Origin: Acidimicrobiales bacterium
GTDB taxonomy: Bacteria > Actinomycetota > Acidimicrobiia > Acidimicrobiales > CADCSY01
Direction of reading: 5' to 3'
Assembly (NCBI GenBank): GCA_025463335.1
Contig: JAOBWJ010000185.1
Coordinates: forward strand, 1-45,579
Length of the DNA stretch: 45,579 nt
The notes below the pieces were generated by a model. The model was not told the origin of the DNA and ran no database searches. It worked only from the letters and a program-made list of their open reading frames with translations. Made by a program: the position numbers and the translations under genes. Shown here piece after piece: positions 10,541 to 19,504 of the stretch (position 1 is the first letter of the stretch; the number at the start of each line of letters is the position of its first letter).

Positions 10541-10996
10541 GACCGCCGAGAGGCCGACCGCCAGGAAGCCGACGAGGCGCTGGCCGAGTACGGGGCGGTG
10601 CTGGCCGAGGCGATCGTGGCCGCGCTCCCGGCGTGGTCGTCGCGGGCGGTGGCTGCCCACCGCCCCGACCTCGCCGACGCCGGCGCGGCCGCCGGCCGGG
10701 AGGCGGGCACCGCCCTCGGCCCCCGGCTGCAAGCGTTGCTGGCGGCCGACGTCGACCAGCAGCGGACCAACCCCCTGGCGCTGGCTCGGGAGGCGGTGGC
10801 CTGGCCCACGGCCGTGCTGCGGGATGCCGGCGTGCCTCCGGTCGAGCGCGACGCTCACGACCGGGCCCACTTCCCGGACGACCTCTATGGCCTGACCCCC
10901 ATGTCGTTCGCCGAGCTCGACCCGTCCCTGAACGAGCCCGGCATCCTCTGGGGTGCCATCAAGGCCCGAGCCCACCTCCTCCGGCACCAGCGATGA
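10529..10996 (+). CDS. Hypothetical protein
   Basis: GC-typical coding frame; DVDQQRTNPL, FPDDLYGLTP, WGAIKA; ATGA overlap with the next gene. Confidence 0.75.
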   Translation: MSEADRREADRQEADEALAEYGAVLAEAIVAALPAWSSRAVAAHRPDLADAGAAAGREAGTALGPRLQALLAADVDQQRTNPLALAREAVAWPTAVLRDAGVPPVERDAHDRAHFPDDLYGLTPMSFAELDPSLNEPGILWGAIKARAHLLRHQR

Positions 10997-11313
10997 TCGT
11001 CGTCGCCCTGACGCCCGACCTCGCCGATCGTGCCCGCATCGCGGTGATCGTCCCCGATGTCCGTTTCGTGGGCGCCACCGGCCTCCTGACCGGGGCGGCC
11101 AAGGGCGCCGACGTGGTGCTCGTCGACCTGAGCCGGCCCGGAGTGCTCGACGTGCTCGACGACGTCGTGGCCCTCGGGGGACGGGTGGTGGGCTACGGAC
11201 CGCACGTCGACACGGCGCTGCTGGCGGCCGCCACCGCCGCCGGCGTCGAGGCCGTGCCCCGTTCCCGCTTCTTCCGGGACCCGACTCCGTTCATCCATCC
11301 GAAACAGTCGTGA
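10993..11313 (+). CDS. Stand-alone receiver-like (CheY-fold) protein
   Basis: MIVVALTPDL, ADVVLVDL, VVGYGPHVD, AATAAGVEAVPRSRFF; no output domain. Confidence 0.65.
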   Translation: MIVVALTPDLADRARIAVIVPDVRFVGATGLLTGAAKGADVVLVDLSRPGVLDVLDDVVALGGRVVGYGPHVDTALLAAATAAGVEAVPRSRFFRDPTPFIHPKQS

Positions 11314-11316
11314 AAC
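11290..11316 (+). promoter_or_regulatory. Putative GlnR box
   Basis: TTCAT-N6-GAAAC-N6-GAAAC matches the actinobacterial GlnR a/b-site spacing, upstream of amtB. Confidence 0.7.
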
Positions 11317-11370
11317 AGCGTTTCGCCATCCTGTCGCCGTCAGCTTGTCGACAGGATGGAGCAACGAACG

Positions 11371-12672
11371 ATGAACACGGGCGATACGGCATGGTTGCTG
11401 GTGGCAACCGCCCTCGTGCTCTTCATGACCCCCGGGCTGGCGTTCTTCTACGGCGGCATGGTCCGCAGCAAGAACGTCCTGGGCATGCTGATGCAGAACT
11501 ACGTGGCCATGGGCGTGGTCGGCGTCCTCTGGGTGCTCGTCGGCTTCACCCTCGCCTTCGGGCATCCCGGTGACGGCGGCTTCATCGGCAACTTCGATTT
11601 CATCGGCTTCAAGGACGTCAACGGCAACGGGGTCGGGCCCGAGTTCTTCAACCTGACGATCCCGTTCATCCTGTTCGCCGGCTACCAGATGACGTTCGCC
11701 ATCATCACGCCGGCGCTCATCACCGGCGCCACGGCCGACCGCATGAAGTTCAGCGCGTATGTGACCTTCATCAGCGCCTGGCTCGTCCTCGTCTACACAC
11801 CGGTCGCCCACTGGGTGTTCGCCGGCGGCTGGCTGGCCGACATGGGCGCCCTCGACTTCGCCGGCGGTGCCGTGGTCCACATCAACGCCGGCGCCGCTGC
11901 TCTGGCCGTGGTGCTCGTGCTCGGTGCCCGCCGGGGCTTCGGTCGCGACGCCATGCCGCCCCACAACCTGCCGCTCACGTTGCTCGGCACCGGCATCCTG
12001 TGGTTCGGCTGGGCCGGCTTCAACGCCGGTTCCGCCCTCGGCGCCAACGGGCTCGCCGCACAGGCCCTCGTCAACACGTTCGTGGCCGCTTCGGCTGCCA
12101 TGCTCGGCTGGCTCGTCGTCGAGAAGGTCCGCGACGGTCACGCCACCACCCTCGGCGCGGCGTCCGGTGCCGTGGCCGGCCTGGTCGCCATCACCCCGTG
12201 CGCCGGCTTCGTCGGCACGCTCCCGGCCATCCTCATCGGCTTCGTCACCGGCGGCGTGTGCCTGCTGGCGATCGGGCTGAAGAACCGCTTCGGCTACGAC
12301 GACTCGCTTGATGTGGTCGGGGTCCACCTGGTGGGCGGGCTCATGGGCTCGATCCTGCTGGGCTTCTTCGCCGACCGGTCGATCAACGCCATCGTGTCCA
12401 ACGAGGGGCTCTTCATCGGCGGCGGGGCCGACCTGCTGGTCGACCAGATCGTGGCCTCGGTGGTGACGCTGGTGTTCTCGTTCACGGTCTCGTTCGCGCT
12501 GGCCAAGGTCATCGACAAGACGATCGGGCTCCGGATCAGCGCCGACGAGGAGCTGGAGGGCCTCGACCGCAGCCAGCATGCCGAGACCGCCTACGCCCTC
12601 AACGAGCTGACCTCGAACCTCGGCACCCTGACCCATCCGACCGCCGACCACGAGCCGGCCCGGACGCACTGA
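11371..12672 (+). CDS. amtB: Ammonium transporter
   Basis: NTGDTAW, MTPGLAFFYGGMVR.KN, YQMTFAIIT, DFAGGAVVH, LWFGWAGFNAGS, YDDSLDVVGVH; SD GGAG before 11371 (alternative start 11356). Confidence 0.97.
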   Translation: MNTGDTAWLLVATALVLFMTPGLAFFYGGMVRSKNVLGMLMQNYVAMGVVGVLWVLVGFTLAFGHPGDGGFIGNFDFIGFKDVNGNGVGPEFFNLTIPFILFAGYQMTFAIITPALITGATADRMKFSAYVTFISAWLVLVYTPVAHWVFAGGWLADMGALDFAGGAVVHINAGAAALAVVLVLGARRGFGRDAMPPHNLPLTLLGTGILWFGWAGFNAGSALGANGLAAQALVNTFVAASAAMLGWLVVEKVRDGHATTLGAASGAVAGLVAITPCAGFVGTLPAILIGFVTGGVCLLAIGLKNRFGYDDSLDVVGVHLVGGLMGSILLGFFADRSINAIVSNEGLFIGGGADLLVDQIVASVVTLVFSFTVSFALAKVIDKTIGLRISADEELEGLDRSQHAETAYALNELTSNLGTLTHPTADHEPARTH

Positions 12673-12678
12673 CAGGGC

Positions 12679-12858
12679 TCAGTCGTCCTCGAACCGCTGC
12701 CATCCGGCATCGGTGATGGAGCGGTGCTCGAAGAACAAGCAGTGCTCGGGGCAGGCGAACGGCATGTCGTCGTTTGCCCCGAGCCGGCATCGCTGCACGA
12801 GATCGGCGCCGCCCGTCGATCGGGTCGAGTAGTGGCGGCAGTCCCTGCGTACCTCCAT
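12679..12858 (-). CDS. Small 59-aa Cys-rich protein
   Basis: Own translation MEVRRDCRHYSTRSTGGADLVQRCRLGANDDMPFACPEHCLFFEHRSITDAGWQRFEDD; fills the amtB-oxidoreductase gap; -10-like TACGGT upstream. Below the ORF-track cutoff. Confidence 0.7.
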   Translation of the reverse strand: MEVRRDCRHYSTRSTGGADLVQRCRLGANDDMPFACPEHCLFFEHRSITDAGWQRFEDD

Positions 12859-12878
12859 GGCCCTCTACCGTACGGCGG

Positions 12879-14231
12879 ATGGGAGAGCGGCTCGTGGTCA
12901 TCGGTGGGGATGCCGGTGGCATGGGCGCGGCCTCGACGGCCCGCCGGCTCCGTGCCGACCTCGACATCGTGGCCCTCGAGAAGGGCGACCACACGAGCTA
13001 TGCGGCGTGCGGCATCCCGTACCTCATCGGCGGTGAGGTGGAGCGGGTCGACGACCTCGTCGCTCGCACGCCGCAGGAGTTCCGCAACCACCATCGCATC
13101 GACGTGCGCATGCGGCACGAGGCCATGGGCATCGACCTCGACCGGCGCGAGGTCGAGGTCCGCGACCACGAGCACGATCGCACGTTCCGCCTCGGCTTCG
13201 ACCAGCTCGTGCTCGGCACGGGGTCCCGTCCGATGCGGCCGGAGCTGCCGGGGATCGACGGTCCCGACATCTTCGGCGTGCAGACGCTGGACGACGGATC
13301 CCGCCTGCTCCAGCGCGTCACCGAGCGGCCGGTGCAACGCGTGGTGGTCGTGGGTGGCGGCTACATCGGGCTGGAGATGGCCGAGGCGTTCGTCCGTCGG
13401 GGGGCGGCGGTGACGGTCGTCGACCACTCGCCCGAGGTCATGGGCACGCTCGATCCCGACATGGGCGCGCTGGTGAGCCGGGCCATGCGGCGCCACGGTG
13501 TCGAGGTGCGGTGCGGGACGGGCGTCACCGGCTTCGAGCCGGGCGTGGTCCACACCGATGATGGTGACCTCCCCGCCGACCTGGTGGTGCTCGGGATGGG
13601 TGTCGTGCCCAACAGCGAGCTGGCTGGCGAGGCCGGGCTGAAGCTCGGCGTGAGAAACGCCATCGTCGTCGATCGTCGCCAGCACACGTCGGCCGACGGC
13701 GTGTGGGCGGCGGGCGACTGCGTCGAGTCGTACCACCTGGTGTCGGGCCATCCCGTCCACATCGCCCTGGGAACGGTGACCAACAAGCAGGCTCGGGTGG
13801 CCGGCACCAACATCGGGGGCGGGTACGCGACCTTCCCGGGCGTGGTGGGCACGGCCGTGTCCAAGATCTGCGACACCGAGGTGGCCCGCACCGGTCTGAC
13901 CGAGCGGGAAGCGACCCACGCCGGCTTCGAGTTCCATGTGGCCAAGGTCGACGCGAAGACGCGGGCCAGCTACTACCCGGGGGCCGGGGACATCACGGTG
14001 AAGATGGTGGCCGAGCGGCGCAGCGGCCGGCTCCTCGGTGCCCAGCTGGTGGGACAGGAGGGGGCGGCCAAGCGCATCGACGTGGTAGCGGTGGCGCTGC
14101 ACGCGGGCATGAACGTGGAGCAGATGACCGCCCTCGACCTCTCCTACGCCCCGCCGTACTCGCCGGTGTGGGATCCGATCCTCGTGGCCGCCCGGCAGGC
14201 GACCGGCCTGGTGGCCAAGGGGATGGCGTGA
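12879..14231 (+). CDS. FAD-dependent CoA-disulfide reductase / NADH oxidase family protein
   Basis: IGGDAGG, SYAACG (single redox Cys), GGGYIGLE, WAAGDC, LDLSYAPPYS. Confidence 0.9.
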   Translation: MGERLVVIGGDAGGMGAASTARRLRADLDIVALEKGDHTSYAACGIPYLIGGEVERVDDLVARTPQEFRNHHRIDVRMRHEAMGIDLDRREVEVRDHEHDRTFRLGFDQLVLGTGSRPMRPELPGIDGPDIFGVQTLDDGSRLLQRVTERPVQRVVVVGGGYIGLEMAEAFVRRGAAVTVVDHSPEVMGTLDPDMGALVSRAMRRHGVEVRCGTGVTGFEPGVVHTDDGDLPADLVVLGMGVVPNSELAGEAGLKLGVRNAIVVDRRQHTSADGVWAAGDCVESYHLVSGHPVHIALGTVTNKQARVAGTNIGGGYATFPGVVGTAVSKICDTEVARTGLTEREATHAGFEFHVAKVDAKTRASYYPGAGDITVKMVAERRSGRLLGAQLVGQEGAAKRIDVVAVALHAGMNVEQMTALDLSYAPPYSPVWDPILVAARQATGLVAKGMA

Positions 14232-16531
14232 AGGCGGGGGCCGCCGCCCTGCTCGACGGTCGGACCGCCGTCATCGACGACACGTCCCTGCGGGGTCGGG
14301 CGATGTGCCGGGCTCTGTCGGACGCCACCGACCGATGGTTGGCCGCGTTGTTCGAGGAGGCGACGAGGGGCGACGGACGGGGCCTCACGCTGGTGGCCAC
14401 CGGCGGCTACGGGCGCCAGGAGCTGGCCCCGGGCAGTGACCTCGACGTGTGGCTCCTGCACGACGGCCGGGACGACGTGAGCGCGGTGGCCGAGCGGCTC
14501 TGGTACCCGATCTGGGATGCCGGGCTGAAGCTCGGTCATGCCGTGCGCACGCCGAAGCAGGCGCAGGCCATGATCGGCGAGGACCTCGACACGGCGACGG
14601 CGTCGCTCTCGGCCCGGCATGTCGCCGGGGAGACCGCCCTGGCGTCCGATTTCGTCGGCGTCGCCCTCGATCGGTGGCGCAGGAAGGGCGTGCGCTGGCT
14701 CGACACCCTGCACGTGCGACTCATCGCTCGGCACGGTCTGGCCGGCGAGGTGGCGTTCCTCCTCGAGCCCGACCTGAAGGAGGGGCGGGGTGGGCTGCGC
14801 GACATCCATGCCCTCCGGTGGGCCGAGGCCACCCGGCCGGTGATGCTGCCGGGCGACGCCGAGGTGCTGACCGCCGCCGAGGACACGCTGCTCGACGTGC
14901 GGGTCGCCCTCCACCGGCTGACCAAGCGGGCCGCCGACGATCTGCTGCTCGATCGCCAGGACGAGGTGGCCGCCGCGCTGGGCGACGCCGACGCCGACGC
15001 GCTCATGGCCCGCGTGTCGGCCGCCGGCCGGACCGTCGCCTGGGTCAGTGACGAGGCGTGGCGGCGCGAGATGTCGACGTTCCGGACGTCGATCGGGCGG
15101 GCCTTCCGCCGGGAGCGTTCGGTGGGCCCCGGCCTGGTGCTGCGCGACCAGGAGATCCACGTCGACCCGGCCGCCGACTTCGAGGACCGGTCGCTCGTGC
15201 TGCGGGCCGGCGCCGTGGCCGCCGCCAGCATGATGCCGATCGACCGGCAGTCGCTCGACCTCCTCGCCGCCCGGGCGCCGGCGCTCGACGGGCCCTGGCC
15301 CGATGCCGCCCGCGAGGCGCTCGTCGACCTGCTGTCGAAGGGCCACGCCGCCATCCCGGTGCTCGAGACGCTCGACCAGCGCCACCTGCTCGAGCGGGTG
15401 CTGCCCGAGTGGGGGGCGGTGCGGTCGAAGCCCCAGCGCAACGCCCTGCACCGCTTCACCGTCGACCGCCACCTGTGCGAGGCGGCGGCCAACGCCGCCG
15501 GCTTCACCACCACGGTCGGCCGACCCGACCTGCTGCTGATCGGCACCTGGCTGCACGACATCGGCAAGGGCTACCCGGGCGACCACACCGACGTCGGCAT
15601 CGAGTTGGTGACGGCCATCGGTGCCCGCATGGGCTTCCCGCCGGACGACGTCGACACCCTCGTGGCCATGGTGCGCCATCACCTGCTGTTGCCCGACGTG
15701 GCCACGCGGCGAGACCTGTCCGACCCCCACGTGATCCAAGGTGTGGCCGCCGCCGCCGGCTCGCTCCAGACGCTCGAGCTGCTGGCGGCGCTCACCGAGG
15801 CCGACAGCAGGGCCACCGGTCCGTCGGCGTGGGGCCCGTGGAAGGCCGAGCTGGTCAACGAGCTCGTCCGGCGGGCGGCCCACGTGCTGCGGGGTGGCGA
15901 GCCCGAGGAGCAGGTCGACGGCTTCCCCGGCGCCGAGGTCCGGGCGCTGATGGCGCTGGGGCGAACGGTCGTGCGCGTCGACGCTCCCCAGCTCACGGTG
16001 GTCGCGCCCGACCGGCCCGGACTGTTCAGTCGGGTGGCCGGGACGCTCGCCCTCAAGGGACTCACGGTGCTGGCCGCCGAGGCCGGCGGCGGCGACGGCA
16101 TGGCCGCGTCCCAGTTCCGGGTCGAGTCGGGCGGCACCGAGGTCAGCTGGGACGAGGTGGTGGCCGACGTGCGCAAGGCGATCGACGGCCGTCTCGCCAT
16201 CGAGGCCCGGCTGGCCCAACGGGCCCGCACCGGACGACGCATGCCGGCCGCCATGCGTCTGGTGGCCGAGCCCAGCGTGCGGGTCGACAACACGGCGTCG
16301 GGCAACAGCACGGTGGTGGAGGTGCGGGCGCCCGACCGGCTCGGCGTGCTCTACCGGATCACCCGGGCGTTCGCCGATCTCGACCTCGACATCCGGTCGG
16401 CCAAGGTGGCCACCCTCGGCCATGAGGTGGTCGACTCCTTCTACGTGCGCACCACCTCGGGCTCCAAGATCGAGGACCGCGACCACGTCCGCGAACTGGA
16501 GCGGGCCATCCTCCACCAGCTGAGCCTGTGA
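14228..16531 (+). CDS. glnD: PII nucleotidylyltransferase GlnD
   Basis: ATGGYGRQELAPGSDLD, WYPIWD, EPDLKEGRGGLRD, HRFTVDRH, LHDIGKG (HD domain), two C-terminal ACT domains; GTGA overlap with the previous gene. Confidence 0.95.
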   Translation: MKAGAAALLDGRTAVIDDTSLRGRAMCRALSDATDRWLAALFEEATRGDGRGLTLVATGGYGRQELAPGSDLDVWLLHDGRDDVSAVAERLWYPIWDAGLKLGHAVRTPKQAQAMIGEDLDTATASLSARHVAGETALASDFVGVALDRWRRKGVRWLDTLHVRLIARHGLAGEVAFLLEPDLKEGRGGLRDIHALRWAEATRPVMLPGDAEVLTAAEDTLLDVRVALHRLTKRAADDLLLDRQDEVAAALGDADADALMARVSAAGRTVAWVSDEAWRREMSTFRTSIGRAFRRERSVGPGLVLRDQEIHVDPAADFEDRSLVLRAGAVAAASMMPIDRQSLDLLAARAPALDGPWPDAAREALVDLLSKGHAAIPVLETLDQRHLLERVLPEWGAVRSKPQRNALHRFTVDRHLCEAAANAAGFTTTVGRPDLLLIGTWLHDIGKGYPGDHTDVGIELVTAIGARMGFPPDDVDTLVAMVRHHLLLPDVATRRDLSDPHVIQGVAAAAGSLQTLELLAALTEADSRATGPSAWGPWKAELVNELVRRAAHVLRGGEPEEQVDGFPGAEVRALMALGRTVVRVDAPQLTVVAPDRPGLFSRVAGTLALKGLTVLAAEAGGGDGMAASQFRVESGGTEVSWDEVVADVRKAIDGRLAIEARLAQRARTGRRMPAAMRLVAEPSVRVDNTASGNSTVVEVRAPDRLGVLYRITRAFADLDLDIRSAKVATLGHEVVDSFYVRTTSGSKIEDRDHVRELERAILHQLSL

Positions 16532-17196
16532 CGCTCCGGCCCCAGGACCTGTTGCGGTGGAGCGAGGCCCTGGCCGGCATCGCCCGCACGGGCCTCGGCT
16601 TCACCGACAACCCCTACGAGGCCGAGCGGTTCGACGAGATCCTCCACATCGCGGCCGACATCGGCGTGGCCGCGGGACGCGACTTCGCCAGCGACGAGCT
16701 CGTCCAGGAGTGGATGAAGCACGTCGGCCGCGGCGTACCCGGCTACCAGACGCCCAAGGTGGGGATCGGCGCCGTGGTGGGAAACGACCGGGGCGAGATC
16801 CTGCTCATCCAGCGGGCCGACTCGGGAGTGTGGCTGTATCCCACGGGGTGGGCCGACGTCGGCTACTCCCCGGCCGAGGTGGCGGTGAAGGAGGTGTTCG
16901 AGGAGACCGGCATCGTCTGCGTGCCCGAGCGACTCATCGCCGTCATCGACGGGCTGCGGGCCGGGTTCACCAAGATCCCGCTCTACTCGCTGGTCTTCCA
17001 GTGCCGGGCCGTGGGTGGCGAGCTGGTGGCCCATCCCCAGGAGGTCCTCGACGTGGGCTGGTTCACCGAGGACGCCATGCCCCAGCCCCTGGCCGGCCGG
17101 GAGCAGTGGGCGACCGTCTTCGCTGCCCTACGGGGCGAGGACGTCGACGTGTACTTCGATGCCCCGCGCAACCCGGTGTGGGAGAGGGAGGACTGA
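16528..17196 (+). CDS. NUDIX hydrolase with N-terminal Nudix_N domain
   Basis: LAGIARTGLGFT, GYQTPKV, Nudix box GWADVGYSPAEVAVKEVFEETG. Confidence 0.9.
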   Translation: MTLRPQDLLRWSEALAGIARTGLGFTDNPYEAERFDEILHIAADIGVAAGRDFASDELVQEWMKHVGRGVPGYQTPKVGIGAVVGNDRGEILLIQRADSGVWLYPTGWADVGYSPAEVAVKEVFEETGIVCVPERLIAVIDGLRAGFTKIPLYSLVFQCRAVGGELVAHPQEVLDVGWFTEDAMPQPLAGREQWATVFAALRGEDVDVYFDAPRNPVWERED

Positions 17197-17567
17197 TGCT
17201 CGATCACCTGTCGATCCAATGTGCGGACGTGGCGGCCAGCGCCGCGTTCTACGACACCGTGCTGGCGCCGCTGGGCGGCGGACGGGTCCTGGACTTCGGA
17301 GAGGTCATCGGCTTCGGAGTCGGGGGCATGCCCGACTTCTGGATCGGGCCACGCTCGACCGGCGAGGGTTTCCGGGAGGCCCACATCGCCTTCGCCGCGC
17401 CCGACCGGCCCGCCGTGCGCGACTTCATGGCCGCCGCCGTGACAGCCGGCGCCGAGGTCCTGCACGAAGCGCGGGTGTGGCCCGAGTACCACCCCGCCTA
17501 CTACGGCGGCTTCGTGCGCGATCCCGACGGCAACAACGTCGAAGCCGTCTGCCACGTGCCGGAGTAG
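17196..17567 (+). CDS. VOC / glyoxalase family protein
   Basis: MLDHLSI, FYDTVLAPLG, HIAF, YHPAYYGGFVRDPDGNNVEAVCH. Confidence 0.92.
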   Translation: MLDHLSIQCADVAASAAFYDTVLAPLGGGRVLDFGEVIGFGVGGMPDFWIGPRSTGEGFREAHIAFAAPDRPAVRDFMAAAVTAGAEVLHEARVWPEYHPAYYGGFVRDPDGNNVEAVCHVPE

Positions 17568-17582
17568 CTGTCGGCGACACTG

Positions 17583-18944
17583 TCACGGTGCGGTGAGGGC
17601 GACGATCTTCCTGTCGGTGGGCACGAAGAGCTGGCTGGGGGCGGCGGCCAGAGGGGCGAAATGCGTCACCGGACCGAGCGGGAGGTCGGCCTGACGGGCC
17701 CCTGTGGCCAGGTCGAAGGCGCCGAGCCTCCCGCGCCCGATGTCCACCACCCACGCCGTGCTGCCCGCGACGATCGGCGTGCCGGCATCCATCCCGCCGG
17801 CTCGCCACGCGACGGTGGCCGAGCGGGCACTGACGTCCACCCGGACCGCGACGAGGCCGTCGCGGCAGGGTACGAGGACGATGCCGGCGGCCACGGCCGT
17901 ACCGCCATAGGCGCCGCTGCCCGGGCACACGTCGACCGAGGCGACCTGGCCGCCGACGCCGCCGAGGTGCGCGGCGTCGAGCAGGTAGCCGACGCCTTCC
18001 TTGCCCCCTTGGAGGAGCAGCCCACCGTCGAGCACGGCCGGCGAGGTCGACCCGAGGTCGGTGTCGTTCTGGTCGAGCTGGCGCCAGTTGGCGGGGGTGA
18101 AGATGTCCCGTACCGCGAGGTCGGGACTCAGCCGGAGCACGCTGCTGGATTCGACCGGCTGTCCGGTCGGCTCGCCGTTGCCGGTGACCACGAGGACGTC
18201 GCCGCCCACCACCACCGGACCGGGCGGGGCCCAGATCCCGGCCTGGGCGGCGGCGACGGTGAAGGAAGCCTGCGGGCCCCCACTGGTGGGGACGGCCACG
18301 ACGCGGCCCCGGTAGGGGCCGCAGTCGCCGTCGCGCCCGCCGAAGGCCACGAAGACCTTGCCGCCGGTCAGGGCCAGGGCCGGCCGCTGCGACTGCACGG
18401 CGGGGTCGGAGCCGGGCACGTCGATGGTCCGGCGGCTCCGGACCGCTCCCGTCGCCACGTCGATGGCCACCAGCTCGTGGTGGAGGGGGGCTGAGAACGC
18501 CACCGCGTAGAGGAGGCCGGCCCCGCGGTCGACGACGGGGGTGCCGGTGATGCCGACCGGGTCGATGTTGCCGCACGGGAGCGATCGGCCGGGGACGGGC
18601 TGCCCGACGTTGGTGTGCCACCGCACGGCGCCGGTCGTGCGGTCGAGGGCGTAGACCGAGTCGCCCTCGGTGGCCACCAGGACCTGGTCGCCCACCACCA
18701 GCGGCTGCGCGTACACCTGGCCGTCGAGCGTCGCCGACACCCAGCGCCGGGCGGCCCGGGCCGGGTCGACGCCCGCGGTGACGTAGCCGTGGCGGGCGGC
18801 GTCGCCCTGGTAGGTCGTCCACGCCCCGCCGGCGGCCGGCGTCGTGGTGGTGGTCGACGGGGCGGCCGGGGACGACGAACCGGCGCCGCAGGCGGCCGCC
18901 GCGAGCATCACCGTGGCGAGCCACGGAGCCAGTCGGCGGCGCAA
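17583..18944 (-). CDS. PQQ-like beta-propeller repeat lipoprotein
   Basis: Lipobox AAAC; YALDRTTGAVRW repeats, GITGTPVVD, GIW, DTDLGSTSP, GGKEG. Confidence 0.8.
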   Translation of the reverse strand: MRRRLAPWLATVMLAAAACGAGSSSPAAPSTTTTTPAAGGAWTTYQGDAARHGYVTAGVDPARAARRWVSATLDGQVYAQPLVVGDQVLVATEGDSVYALDRTTGAVRWHTNVGQPVPGRSLPCGNIDPVGITGTPVVDRGAGLLYAVAFSAPLHHELVAIDVATGAVRSRRTIDVPGSDPAVQSQRPALALTGGKVFVAFGGRDGDCGPYRGRVVAVPTSGGPQASFTVAAAQAGIWAPPGPVVVGGDVLVVTGNGEPTGQPVESSSVLRLSPDLAVRDIFTPANWRQLDQNDTDLGSTSPAVLDGGLLLQGGKEGVGYLLDAAHLGGVGGQVASVDVCPGSGAYGGTAVAAGIVLVPCRDGLVAVRVDVSARSATVAWRAGGMDAGTPIVAGSTAWVVDIGRGRLGAFDLATGARQADLPLGPVTHFAPLAAAPSQLFVPTDRKIVALTAP

Positions 18945-18998
18945 GCACCCGGCGATGGCATCAACGCTAGGGGGGCACCGCCTGGTTGGTGGATCGAG

Positions 18999-19472
18999 CT
19001 AGTCGCCGGCGAGCTGGTCGAGCAGTGCCGCCACGATCGAGATGCGGCCGTTGGACCGTTCCCACTCGTCACCGATGCGCACGTGGTCGGCCAGACCAGC
19101 GGCGTCGGGCGCGATGCCGAGCGCCTCGGTGGCCGCCGCCGCAAGCGTCGCCGGCTCGACCTCGTCGCCGTAGGCGGCGAACACCTCGAGGCCGTCCCAC
19201 AGGGCCTCGACCGGCGCCACCGGTTCTTCGCCCTGGGCCACGGCCAGGGCGACGGACGGGAACAGGTCGTAGGTCGTCACCGTGGCCGGCCGCTCGAAGC
19301 CGGGGACCGGGTGGAGCCGCCATTCGAGGGCGATGCCGGCGGGGCCGTCGTCGCGCAACCACACCTGGGAGCCGTTGACGTAGGCGTCGACGGGTTCGCC
19401 GAAGCGATCGTCGAGGGCGACGACGAGCCCGGGTGTGGCCCGCCAGACGCAAGTTGGGACCAGGTCGGGCAC
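18999..19472 (-). CDS. Hypothetical protein
   Basis: Coding-like frame (GEPVDAYVNGSQVW, EWRLHPV); TAGGGT -10 lies 6 nt upstream of the GTG. Confidence 0.75.
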   Translation of the reverse strand: MPDLVPTCVWRATPGLVVALDDRFGEPVDAYVNGSQVWLRDDGPAGIALEWRLHPVPGFERPATVTTYDLFPSVALAVAQGEEPVAPVEALWDGLEVFAAYGDEVEPATLAAAATEALGIAPDAAGLADHVRIGDEWERSNGRISIVAALLDQLAGD

Positions 19473-19504
19473 CTCCGGACCCTACCGACTGTCACCATGG
19501 GGCC

